A stretch of DNA of 49,287 bases from a virus. Location of the stretch: UHGV virus genome UHGV-0210521. One strand, given 5' to 3'. Position numbers and translations under genes: made by a program. The notes beneath the pieces are model-generated. The model worked only from the letters and a program-made list of their open reading frames with translations. It had not been told where the DNA came from and did no database searches. Positions 26,400 through 35,413 of the stretch are shown here, one piece after another; the first letter of the stretch is position 1; each line of letters begins with the position of its first letter.

Positions 26400-26413
26400 G
26401 AAGGAGCAAGGTC

Positions 26414-26608
26414 ATGAACAGCTTCGAACGCGACAAGTAAGCCATCCACGACGGTGACACCATCGAGGTAATGCGCCGCCGCAAGGTCCAGATCACCACC
26501 CTGGAGACGAAGCTCGGACGGGAGAAGAACACCTTCCGTGCCTCCATCATCGCCCGCCAGCTCGAGGCCCGCCGAGGCGAATATGCCGCGCTCGACGCCC
26601 TGATCTAA
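26414..26608 (+). pseudogene. Small ORF interrupted by an in-frame TAA at 26438-26440 (MNSFERDK*AIHDGDTIEVMRRRKVQITT ...); alternatively a 45-aa gene from ATG 26471
   Basis: Translation of the frame set by ATG 26414 hits TAA after 8 codons, then stays open for 55 more codons to TAA 26606-26608. Confidence 0.3.
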
Positions 26609-26662
26609 ACCCCGCACAAGACGCCTGAACCCCCAACGGTTTGGGTGATCTGTTCTGAGCAC

Positions 26663-26690
26663 GCCCCAGCTCCTGGGGCTCTTCTTATAC
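26663..26690 (+). terminator. Candidate intrinsic terminator (GCCCCAG-CTC-CTGGGGC followed by U-rich tract)
   Basis: 7-bp GC-rich stem, 3-nt loop, then TCTTCTTAT; lies between the small-gene cluster and TerL. Confidence 0.45.
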
Positions 26691-26712
26691 CCACCGAAGG
26701 GAGGCAACTGGC

Positions 26713-28317
26713 GTGCGGACACTCACCGACTACACACCGGCGCGGTTCATGGCTGATGGTTCACGATATGACAAGCGGAAAGCCGACTATGCGGTCGCGT
26801 TCATCCAAGCCTTGAAGCACACGAAGGGTCGCTGGTCGGGTAAGCCCTTCCAGCTGATTGATTGGCAAGAGCAGATCATCCGCGATCTATTCGGTACCGT
26901 GAAAGCTGATGGCTACCGTCAATTCACCACGGCCTATGTTGAGATCCCTAAGAAGATGGGCAAGTCGGAGCTCGCCGCTGCGGTGGCGTTGTTGCTGACG
27001 TGTGGGGATGGTGAGGAACGCGCCGAAGTTTATGGGTGTGCGGCAGACCGTCAGCAGGCTTCGATTGTGTTTGAGGTCGCGGCTGACATGGTGCGCATGA
27101 GCCCGGCGTTATCGAAGCGTGTCAAGATTCTTGCCTCGCAGAAGCGGATCATCTACAAGCCCACCAACTCCTTCTACCAAGTCCTCTCAGCGGAGGCGTA
27201 TTCGAAGCACGGATTCAACATCTCCGGCGTGGTATTCGATGAGCTACACACCCAACCCAACCGGGCGCTCTTCGACGTGATGACCAAAGGCAGTGGGGAT
27301 GCGCGCACCCAGCCGCTGTACTTCTTGATCACGACAGCGGGTACCGATACGCATAGCATTTGTTATGAGCAACACCAAAAAGCCCAAGACATCCTAGATG
27401 GCAAAAAGCACGACCTCACGTTCTACCCGGTGATCTATGGGGCGGCGCAAGATGATGATTGGACCGACGAGGACGTGTGGCATAAGGCTAATCCGAGCTT
27501 AGGGATCACTGTCCCGATCGAGAAAGTCCGTCAAGCCTGCACGAGCGCGAAACAAAACCCAGCCGAAGAAAACACCTTCCGACAACTTCGCCTCAACCAA
27601 TGGGTCAAACAAAGCGTGCGGTGGATGCCCATGCACGTGTGGAACCAAAACAACGCACCCGTCGACCTGTCAGATTTGGAGGGGCGGGTGTGTTACGGCG
27701 GCCTCGACTTGGCTTCCACGACGGACATCACTGCTTTCGTTCTCGTATTCCCACCCTACGGGGACGATGACAAATATACGGTCGCGCCATGGTTTTGGAT
27801 ACCCGAAGACAACCTCAAACTGCGCGTCGCGCGTGACCACGTGCCCTACGACTTATGGCAGAGCCAAGGCTTCCTGCAAACCACGGAGGGCAACGTCGTC
27901 CACTACGGCGCGATCGAAACCTTCATCGAGCAACTCGGTGAACGCTTCGATATTCGCGAGATTGCTTTCGACCGTTGGGGCGCAGTCCAAATGAGCCAAA
28001 ACCTCGAAGGACTCGGCTTCACCGTCGTTCCCTTCGGGCAAGGCTTCAAAGACATGAGCCCGCCCTCGAAGGAATTGATGAAGCTGGCACTTGAAGGACG
28101 CCTTGCTCATGGTGGGCACCCGGTCCTGTCGTGGATGGTTGACAACATTCACGTACGCACCGACCCAGCAGGAAACATCAAACCCGACAAACAAAAGTCC
28201 ACGGAGAAAATCGACGGCGTGGTCGCAACAATCATGGCCCTCGACCGCGCCATCCGAAACGGCAGCGGGCGTGTCAGCGGCAGTGTTTATGACGAGCGCG
28301 GCCTACTCGTGCTGTGA
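26713..28317 (+). CDS. Terminase large subunit
   Basis: 534 aa; Walker A-like VEIPKKMGKSEL; N-terminal ATPase and C-terminal nuclease regions typical of TerL; GTG start with GAAGGGAGG RBS. Confidence 0.85.
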   Translation: MRTLTDYTPARFMADGSRYDKRKADYAVAFIQALKHTKGRWSGKPFQLIDWQEQIIRDLFGTVKADGYRQFTTAYVEIPKKMGKSELAAAVALLLTCGDGEERAEVYGCAADRQQASIVFEVAADMVRMSPALSKRVKILASQKRIIYKPTNSFYQVLSAEAYSKHGFNISGVVFDELHTQPNRALFDVMTKGSGDARTQPLYFLITTAGTDTHSICYEQHQKAQDILDGKKHDLTFYPVIYGAAQDDDWTDEDVWHKANPSLGITVPIEKVRQACTSAKQNPAEENTFRQLRLNQWVKQSVRWMPMHVWNQNNAPVDLSDLEGRVCYGGLDLASTTDITAFVLVFPPYGDDDKYTVAPWFWIPEDNLKLRVARDHVPYDLWQSQGFLQTTEGNVVHYGAIETFIEQLGERFDIREIAFDRWGAVQMSQNLEGLGFTVVPFGQGFKDMSPPSKELMKLALEGRLAHGGHPVLSWMVDNIHVRTDPAGNIKPDKQKSTEKIDGVVATIMALDRAIRNGSGRVSGSVYDERGLLVL

Positions 28318-28658
28318 GCACGCTCATGGATGAACGCGCCGATGCCTGTGCCGATCAGTCCCAAGATCGAGTAGGCGACGCCGTAGATGAGGGCTGAATC
28401 GTTGTAGTACACGAACAGTGTGGTCAAGAACCCTGCGAACGGGGCCAGTAGCCACCACCAGCCGAACCCGTGGCGTGCCCCATCGATAACGCTCAAAACG
28501 ATGGTGAGTAGTGGAAACGCGAGGAAGAGCAACGCGATGAACCACTTGGCGTTGGGATCGCTCAGCCTGCTGATCCACATGGAAATGAGCGGCAACAACC
28601 AAAATGCCGCTAGCAGGACACTCATCAGTGCCCACGACTGTTTTGAGGGCGCTTTCAT
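28287..28658 (-). CDS. Multi-pass membrane protein (accessory gene, opposite strand)
   Basis: 123 aa, about four hydrophobic helices, Trp-rich; 3' end overlaps the TerL 3' end; only 30 bp separate its start from the portal start. Confidence 0.5.
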   Translation of the reverse strand: MKAPSKQSWALMSVLLAAFWLLPLISMWISRLSDPNAKWFIALLFLAFPLLTIVLSVIDGARHGFGWWWLLAPFAGFLTTLFVYYNDSALIYGVAYSILGLIGTGIGAFIHERAHSTSRPRSS

Positions 28659-28688
28659 ATTCCAATTTTACATGTGAGAGGACACCGC

Positions 28689-29993
28689 ATGAGTTTTCTG
28701 AATTGGCTGCGTGGCGACACCACCCGCTCCGCTGACGATCACGCGATCAGCTCTGGCTACAGCTTTTTCTTCGGGGCAACGAGCTCTGGCCGTCCGGTAA
28801 CGGAACGCAGCGCGATGCAAATGACCGCCGTCTACAGCTGCGTGCGGATTTTGGCTGAAGCTATCGCGGGTCTGCCGTTGCATGTCTATCAGCAAGACGC
28901 TGATGGCGCGAAAGTGAAGGCACTCGATCATCCGTTGTATCGGCTTCTTCATGATGAGCCGAATCCAGAGATGACGTCCTTCGTATTCCGAGAAACCCTC
29001 ATGACCCACCTACTGCTCTGGGGTAATGCGTTCGCGCAAGTCATCCGCAACGGCCGCGACGAAATCATCGGCTTGTATCCGCTCATGCCCAACAGGATGA
29101 CGGTCGGGCGTGACGAGGCGGGCAGGTTGTACTACGAGTATCAGCGCACATGGGACGAACCAACCGGCAGGTTCGAAACCGTGCAGCTTTCCCCACACGA
29201 GGTGTTGCACATTCCCGGCCTGGGCTTCGACGGCTTGGTCGGCTACAGCCCGATTGCAATGGCAAAGAACGCCATCGGCTTGGCGCAGGCTACCGAGGAC
29301 TACGGGGCGAGCTTTTTCGCTAACGGTGCCGCCCCTGGTGGTGTGCTCGAGCACCCAGGTACGATCAAAGACCCCGCGCGCGTTAGGGAGTCCTGGCAGT
29401 CCACGTTCGGCGGAGCGAGGAACGGCAACAAGATCGCTGTGCTCGAGGAGGGCATGAAATACACGCCCATCTCCGTCAGCCCAGAACAAGCTCAATTCCT
29501 TGAAACGAGGAAGTTTCAGATCAACGAAATTGCTCGAATCTTCCGCATACCCCCGCACATGATCGGCGACCTCGAAAAATCCTCGTTTTCCAATATTGAG
29601 CAGCAGTCGTTGGAGTTTGTGAAGTACACGCTTGATCCGTGGGTGATCCGGTGGGAACAGGCCATCACCAAAACACTCCTCAGCTCGCGTGAAAAACCTG
29701 GCGTGTATGTGAAGTTCAACCTCGAAGGCTTGCTACGTGGGGATTACGAATCCCGAATGAATGGTTATGCGGTGGCAAGGCAAAACGGCTGGATGAGCGC
29801 CAACGATATCCGCGAACTAGAAAACCTCGACCGCATCAGTCCCGAGGCTGGCGGCGACCTCTACCTCGTCAACGGGAACATGCTCCCGCTCAGTCTCGCA
29901 GGGGCATACGCGCAGACAACCGAGTCTGAACCGGAGCCTGAACCTGCCCAGGAACCTTCGAGTAATGAGCTTCCCCTAAGGAGGAGGATATGA
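28689..29993 (+). CDS. Portal protein (HK97-like)
   Basis: About 435 aa between TerL and the prohead protease; start moved to ATG 28689. Confidence 0.8.
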   Translation: MSFLNWLRGDTTRSADDHAISSGYSFFFGATSSGRPVTERSAMQMTAVYSCVRILAEAIAGLPLHVYQQDADGAKVKALDHPLYRLLHDEPNPEMTSFVFRETLMTHLLLWGNAFAQVIRNGRDEIIGLYPLMPNRMTVGRDEAGRLYYEYQRTWDEPTGRFETVQLSPHEVLHIPGLGFDGLVGYSPIAMAKNAIGLAQATEDYGASFFANGAAPGGVLEHPGTIKDPARVRESWQSTFGGARNGNKIAVLEEGMKYTPISVSPEQAQFLETRKFQINEIARIFRIPPHMIGDLEKSSFSNIEQQSLEFVKYTLDPWVIRWEQAITKTLLSSREKPGVYVKFNLEGLLRGDYESRMNGYAVARQNGWMSANDIRELENLDRISPEAGGDLYLVNGNMLPLSLAGAYAQTTESEPEPEPAQEPSSNELPLRRRI

Positions 29994-30868
29994 GACGTTT
30001 TTGGAACTGGCTCACACCCGAGCCACACAACACTGACCCGGACGCAGATGCAGTCCGGGTTTTGCGTATTAGCGGCACGATCGCTGAAGAATCCTGGTTC
30101 GATGACGATGTCACGCCGGGAATCTTCGCTAGTGAGTTGAATGCTGGGTCTGGGCCGGTGACGATCTGGCTCAACAGTCCCGGAGGGGACGTGGTGGCTG
30201 CCGCGCAGATCTACAACATGCTCATCGACTACCCAGGCACAGTCACCGTCAATATCGACGGCATCGCCGCATCCGCCGCGTCCGTGATCGCCATGGCCGC
30301 CACGAAGGTCGCCATGAGCCCCGTGTCGATGTTGATGATTCATAACCCTGCCACGATGGCGGTCGGTGACAAGGACGAACTCGCACGTGCAATGAACATG
30401 CTTGATTCGGTTAAAGAATCGATTCTGAATGCATATCAGGAGAAGACGAACCTGAGTCGGGCGAAGCTGTCCAAGCTCATGGACGCTGAGACCTGGATGG
30501 ATGCTCGGGCCGCGATTGACATGGGTTTCGCCGACGAACTCCTGACCGGCGAACGTAGCCCGGCCTTCAACGCTAAGCCGGACGAAGAACTAGAAGACGA
30601 TGAGGACGATGTGGAGTCGCCTGACGAGCCTGACAAGGACGACGGCGAGGAGCCGAAGCGCCCTCCGTTCCAACCCAAGAACGTGGGACAAGGCACGGTG
30701 TTTTCACGCCGAGCAGCCGAGCAAAAACTCGTCGCGCACCTGACCGCCACATCACCACCGTCGTCGTCGAAGCTTGTGCGACCACCACGCCCCACCACTA
30801 CACCCGCTGCACCTGTTGGTCGGCGGGTTCTTGATTTGTACGCCGAATTGATCAATCAACCCCACTGA
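29990..30868 (+). CDS. ClpP-like prohead maturation protease (S14 family)
   Basis: IWLNSPGGDV ... GIAASAASVIAMAATKVAMSPVSMLMIHNP serine-protease core; ATGA overlap with portal. Confidence 0.8.
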   Translation: MRRFWNWLTPEPHNTDPDADAVRVLRISGTIAEESWFDDDVTPGIFASELNAGSGPVTIWLNSPGGDVVAAAQIYNMLIDYPGTVTVNIDGIAASAASVIAMAATKVAMSPVSMLMIHNPATMAVGDKDELARAMNMLDSVKESILNAYQEKTNLSRAKLSKLMDAETWMDARAAIDMGFADELLTGERSPAFNAKPDEELEDDEDDVESPDEPDKDDGEEPKRPPFQPKNVGQGTVFSRRAAEQKLVAHLTATSPPSSSKLVRPPRPTTTPAAPVGRRVLDLYAELINQPH

Positions 30869-30882
30869 AAGGACCAATATCC

Positions 30883-32109
30883 ATGTCTACTTCACTTTCT
30901 GTTTCTGACCTTCGTACCAAGCGCGCAGATGTTTGGGAGAAGGCGAAGGCCTTCCTTGATGAGCGCCGCGACACCAGCACCGGTTGCCTATCTGCTGAAG
31001 ATGATCAGGCTTACGCGAAGATGGAAGCCGAGATCGATCGTCTCACCAATGAGATCGCCCGTTCCGAACGAGCCCTGCGCCGCGACGCCGACCTCGCCAA
31101 GGCAACCAACATGCCGCTCACCTCCATGCCCGGTATGAGCCCTGATGATGAAGCCAAGCCGACTGCACCTCGAGCAACCGCCTCGTACAAACGGGCGTTT
31201 TGGGATGCGATGCGGCTCAACGCTTCTCCGATGGAAGTACGTAACGCACTCTCCGAGGGCGTCGATACTGAGGGCGGGTATCTGGTGCCTGATGAGTTTG
31301 AACGCACGCTGATCTCCTCACTGGAAGATCAGAACATCATGCGCTCCTTGGCGAAGGTCATTCAAACTACCAGCGGGGATCGCAAGATTCCGGTCGTTTC
31401 CACGCATGGCACGGCTGGGTGGCTCGATGAGGGCAAGCCGTATACCGAGTCAGACGAAGCCTTCACCCAGGTTACGCTGTCGGCGTTTAAGCTCGGCACC
31501 TTCCTTAAAATCTCGGAAGAACTGCTCAACGATGCGGCGTTTAATGTCGAGCAGTATTTGGCGGCGGAGTTTGCTCGCCGTATTGGCGCTGCCGAGGAAG
31601 AAGCCTTCCTCACCGGAGACGGTAAGGGCAAGCCCACCGGCATCTTCGCAGCCACTGGCGGTGGCCAGTCTGCGGTGACCACGGGTAAGGCGACGGACAT
31701 TACGGCTGATGAGCTCATCGACCTGCACTATAGCCTGCGCGGCCCGTATCGGAAGAACGCGGTGTGGCTGATGAACGATTCGACCGTCAAGACCGTGCGC
31801 AAGCTTAAGGATGGTAATGGCCAGTATTTGTGGCAGCCAGCCCTGACCGCAGGAACCCCTGATCTGGTTCTCGGCCGCCCGGTCCATACGTCCACGTTTG
31901 TTCCGGAGATTAAGGCTGGTGCGTCGACGGTGGCGTTCGGTGACTTGTCGTATTACTGGATCGCCGACCGACAGGGCCGCTCGTTTAAGCGGCTCAACGA
32001 ATTGTTCGCAACCACCGGGCAGGTCGGATTCCTGGCTTCCCAGCGTCTGGACGGCAAGCTCGTCCTACCCGAAGCCGTGAAGCTGCTGACCCAGAAGGCC
32101 GGAGCATAA
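30883..32109 (+). CDS. Major capsid protein (HK97 fold)
   Basis: 408 aa immediately after the protease, with an N-terminal coiled/delta-like region; typical HK97-type order. Confidence 0.8.
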   Translation: MSTSLSVSDLRTKRADVWEKAKAFLDERRDTSTGCLSAEDDQAYAKMEAEIDRLTNEIARSERALRRDADLAKATNMPLTSMPGMSPDDEAKPTAPRATASYKRAFWDAMRLNASPMEVRNALSEGVDTEGGYLVPDEFERTLISSLEDQNIMRSLAKVIQTTSGDRKIPVVSTHGTAGWLDEGKPYTESDEAFTQVTLSAFKLGTFLKISEELLNDAAFNVEQYLAAEFARRIGAAEEEAFLTGDGKGKPTGIFAATGGGQSAVTTGKATDITADELIDLHYSLRGPYRKNAVWLMNDSTVKTVRKLKDGNGQYLWQPALTAGTPDLVLGRPVHTSTFVPEIKAGASTVAFGDLSYYWIADRQGRSFKRLNELFATTGQVGFLASQRLDGKLVLPEAVKLLTQKAGA

Positions 32110-32141
32110 CAAACCCCGCACATGGAGAGGAGGTGGCCGCA

Positions 32142-32459
32142 ATGACCACAACAGAGCTTATCGATCAGGTGAAGGCGAATCTGCTCATCGGCTTCGATGA
32201 CGACGACAGACTGATTGCTGCGTTGATCAATGCGGCCACCTCCTACGCCTGCGCTTTCCAGCACCTGCCTGAAAACCACTACGAAACACACGACATGTCT
32301 GGAGCAACCCGGCAGGGCATTGTCATGCTCGCAAGCCATTTCTATGAGTCGCGTGATGGTTCGACGGCAGGGTTTTGGGCCGATAAACCGGATGCCGCTA
32401 AAGCGGTGTGGAACGCGGTGAACAACCTGCTGCGTCTGGATCGAGATTGGAAGGTGTAA
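32142..32459 (+). CDS. Head-tail connector protein (gp6-like)
   Basis: Small protein directly after the capsid gene; start 32133 (GTG) or 32142 (ATG). Confidence 0.5.
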   Translation: MTTTELIDQVKANLLIGFDDDDRLIAALINAATSYACAFQHLPENHYETHDMSGATRQGIVMLASHFYESRDGSTAGFWADKPDAAKAVWNAVNNLLRLDRDWKV

Positions 32460-32462
32460 CCG

Positions 32463-32795
32463 ATGGCTTCTCTTGGATCCATGCGCACCACGATCGACCT
32501 CATCACCCCGGTTACGGTGCGTGATAAGGCGGGCTTCACCACCACACGCGATGAAGTGCGAGCAACGGTGCGGGCGCAGGTCGAGGTTCGGCATGCATCG
32601 AGTGCGTGGGTGAACCGCGCCGCATATACGAAAGCTGACGTTCTCTTCTGCATCAGATCTATTCCCGGACTATCCGTAACTACGGATATGGAGATCAGTG
32701 GCCCAGACGGGCGGTATGTGATTGACGCAGTTGAGGTGATCGGCAGGTATGTCGAGATTCTTGCCCACCAGACCACACCCGAAGGGAGCAACTGA
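32463..32795 (+). CDS. Head-tail adaptor / head closure protein
   Basis: 110 aa, conserved position in the head-tail joining cluster. Confidence 0.5.
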   Translation: MASLGSMRTTIDLITPVTVRDKAGFTTTRDEVRATVRAQVEVRHASSAWVNRAAYTKADVLFCIRSIPGLSVTTDMEISGPDGRYVIDAVEVIGRYVEILAHQTTPEGSN

Positions 32796-33232
32796 TGGCT
32801 AGAGTGCAGATTCGCTTGCCGAATGCGTTTATTGATTCCCTTGATGCTGCGAGCCGTGTGCTTGAAACATCTGCGGATGAGGTGCTGGAGGCAGGAGCCG
32901 CCGTGGTCGAGCCACGAATGCGAGCCAACCTCACCAGTGCAATCGGCCGCGCCACCAAGCAGCCCTCGCGGTCAACAGGACAACTACTCGCTGCACTCGG
33001 TACGAGCTCGGTGAAAGTGAACAACAAAGGTGATTACAACATTAAGGTCGGCTTCGCCGAGAACCGCCGGGACGGCAGAGCGAATGCGTTGATCGCCAAC
33101 GTCCTCGAACACGGACGCTCCAACCAGCCCGCACGCCCGGTCCTAGCACCCACCAGGTCGCAAACACGGCGGGGTGCTATCGAAGCCATGAAAACAGCAC
33201 TCACTGCGCGGATTGAGCAGGTCAAACCATGA
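32795..33232 (+). CDS. HK97 gp10-like tail-completion protein
   Basis: 145 aa, conserved position; start overlaps the upstream stop. Confidence 0.5.
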   Translation: MARVQIRLPNAFIDSLDAASRVLETSADEVLEAGAAVVEPRMRANLTSAIGRATKQPSRSTGQLLAALGTSSVKVNNKGDYNIKVGFAENRRDGRANALIANVLEHGRSNQPARPVLAPTRSQTRRGAIEAMKTALTARIEQVKP

Positions 33233-33570
33233 CCACATTATTGGAACAACTCACGATGATCGCTGACAAGCTCGGGTTGCCGTTCGAAGTCGGCCTCTAC
33301 ACGACCACGCCAGCGCCAGAAACGTATCTGGTGGCAACCCCGCTGACGGACGTGTTGGACGTGTTCGCAGACAATCAACCCAGTATCGAGGTTGAGGAAG
33401 TCCGCCTCGCACTTTTCACGAAATCTAACTATCTCGACCTGCGCAACCGGGTCACTCGCGCCCTGCTCGACGCAGGATTAACGATTACTGGCCGTACCTA
33501 TGTCGGCTTCGAGGCCGACACCGGCTACCACCACTACGCGATAGACGTCGCAACCCACCACGCACTCTGA
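33229..33570 (+). CDS. Tail component protein
   Basis: 113 aa, conserved position before the major tail protein; ATGA overlap. Confidence 0.4.
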   Translation: MTTLLEQLTMIADKLGLPFEVGLYTTTPAPETYLVATPLTDVLDVFADNQPSIEVEEVRLALFTKSNYLDLRNRVTRALLDAGLTITGRTYVGFEADTGYHHYAIDVATHHAL

Positions 33571-33583
33571 AAGGACACTCCCC

Positions 33584-34168
33584 ATGGCAACGATTGGTTT
33601 AGACAAGCTCTACTACGCCACGATCACCGAAAATCCCGATACGGGTGAGGAAACCTACGCCACACCCAAACCGCTGGCCAAAGCCATCTCCGCAGAACTC
33701 TCCGTCGAGGTGGCTGAAGCGATCCTGTATGCCGATGACGGCCCTTCCGAGATCGTCAAGGAATTCAAATCCGGAACTCTCACTTTGGGGATTGATGATT
33801 TGGGTGGTGAAGCAGCCGCAGCCCTCACTGGGGCGACAGTGGATTCCAACGGGGTGCTCATTTCAGCTTCCGAGGATGGTGGATCTCCGGTGGCGATCGG
33901 TTTCCGAGCAGCACGAAGCAACGGGAAGTATCAGTATTTTTGGCTGTACCGGGTCAAGTTTGCTCTCCCAACCGAAACGCTGGCCACTAAGGCCGACTCC
34001 ATTACATTCTCGACGCCTTCGATTGAGGGCACGATTCTGCGCCGCAACAAACCCGATAGTAAGGGCCGTCATCCGTGGAAGGCCGAAGTCACCGAAGGTG
34101 GCACCGGCGTCAAGCCCGAGACAATCACGAACTGGTATGCGCAGGTCTATGAACCCGCCACAAGCTAA
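33584..34168 (+). CDS. Major tail protein
   Basis: 194 aa, position immediately upstream of the tail assembly chaperone; GAAAGGA upstream. Confidence 0.65.
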   Translation: MATIGLDKLYYATITENPDTGEETYATPKPLAKAISAELSVEVAEAILYADDGPSEIVKEFKSGTLTLGIDDLGGEAAAALTGATVDSNGVLISASEDGGSPVAIGFRAARSNGKYQYFWLYRVKFALPTETLATKADSITFSTPSIEGTILRRNKPDSKGRHPWKAEVTEGGTGVKPETITNWYAQVYEPATS

Positions 34169-34188
34169 CGAGCAAGGAGTACCAAGCG

Positions 34189-34605
34189 ATGACTACCAAG
34201 AAGAACACTGAATCTGTTGTTGAACCTGGCCGCTCCGCCACCGTCAGCATCGGCGGTGAGAATTACGAGCTCGTGCTCACAACGAAAGCCACCCGTCTGA
34301 TTGCTGAGCGTTACGGCGGACTCGAACACCTGGGCAACGCCCTCGAAACCTCCGACGATCTGGGTAAAACACTGGGTGAGGTGATTTGGCTGATCACACT
34401 GCTGGCCAACCAATCAGTCCAGATCCACAACCACCGCCACCCAGACGACACGCGCCCAGAGCTGACCGAGGACGAGGTCGAACTGCTCACCGTGCCTGCT
34501 GATCTGGCGGACTATCGCGGCGCGATCGCCGAAGCCCTCCAGCGCGGCACCCGCCGAGACATCCTCACCGAGCCAGCCCCAAAAGCACCACCAGCGGACG
34601 CATAG
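34189..34605 (+). CDS. Tail assembly chaperone (G-like)
   Basis: 138 aa between major tail and tape measure genes; carries a slippery heptamer near its 3' end. Confidence 0.6.
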   Translation: MTTKKNTESVVEPGRSATVSIGGENYELVLTTKATRLIAERYGGLEHLGNALETSDDLGKTLGEVIWLITLLANQSVQIHNHRHPDDTRPELTEDEVELLTVPADLADYRGAIAEALQRGTRRDILTEPAPKAPPADA

Positions 34606-34799
34606 TCGAAAACGACAATGCCGTGTTCACGCGGCTGACCTATATCGGAATGGCCCACCTCCACCTCAGCAAAGTGGAGGTGGGCTTAACCGTGTTTGGT
34701 GAGCTGTTGGATCTCGTCGACTGCTGGCGACTCGAAACCGGACGCGCCCAACGCTTACGTCAATGGTTCATCGACGACGTGATTCCTGCCGGGATTTAG
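34578..34799 (+). other. Predicted -1 programmed frameshift site (CCCAAAA at 34578-34584) and -1 frame extension of the tail chaperone (GT-like product)
   Basis: X XXY YYZ heptamer in the correct phase of the chaperone frame; the -1 frame stays open for 71 codons to TAG 34797-34799. Confidence 0.5.
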
Positions 34800-35413
34800 A
34801 TACTGTTCCAGTGGGCTTTTAGTTCGTGAGCGAATTCTGTGGGCATTGATTGATGCCATTGATGACCCGCGTCTGGCACAACGATGAGGCGGGCATGTGG
34901 GATCTGTTGGCTGATGGTGCGGGCGGCAGGAAGATTCGCGCGGTCTTTCGAGCCGCACGCAATCGTCGTTGGAACCGTGATATTTCCAAGCTCTGGCTCG
35001 AAATCAATGGCTGATATTTGACGCAGGATTTCCAGCAACTGTTGCTTGGAAATCTGTGGTGGGCACACGAGACGCTCAGGCAAGACTCGCATGAGAACGC
35101 TTTGAATGCGCATCAATGCTTTAGGAGGGCGCGCCTGCGGAGCTGAAAGAAACAGCGACCGAACCATGTGCGGGTGCCGAATTGCCAGATCAAGACCCAT
35201 CACCGCGCCAAGAGATAGCCCAACCACGTCGACTGGATTATTCAGTGATGCGGCGAGTTCGTCCGTGCGCTCATGTAACGACCATGGCGTTCCTGATGGC
35301 TGATCGAAAACAGTGGGCGTGAGCGCGTCAATGCGCTCGAACTCGTTGATGACGTCATTCCAGGCTTGCGGGGTCTCACCGAGTCCGTGGAGGAAAAGCA
35401 CCGGAGTGCTCAT
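34796..35413 (-). CDS. Alpha/beta-hydrolase fold protein (esterase/lipase-like)
   Basis: 205 aa from ATG 35413; FLHGLGE, nucleophile elbow GLSLG, later Asp and DAGHQWH His motifs; opposite strand to the tail genes. Confidence 0.7.
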   Translation of the reverse strand: MSTPVLFLHGLGETPQAWNDVINEFERIDALTPTVFDQPSGTPWSLHERTDELAASLNNPVDVVGLSLGAVMGLDLAIRHPHMVRSLFLSAPQARPPKALMRIQSVLMRVLPERLVCPPQISKQQLLEILRQISAIDFEPELGNITVPTTIACGSKDRANLPAARTISQQIPHARLIVVPDAGHQWHQSMPTEFAHELKAHWNSI

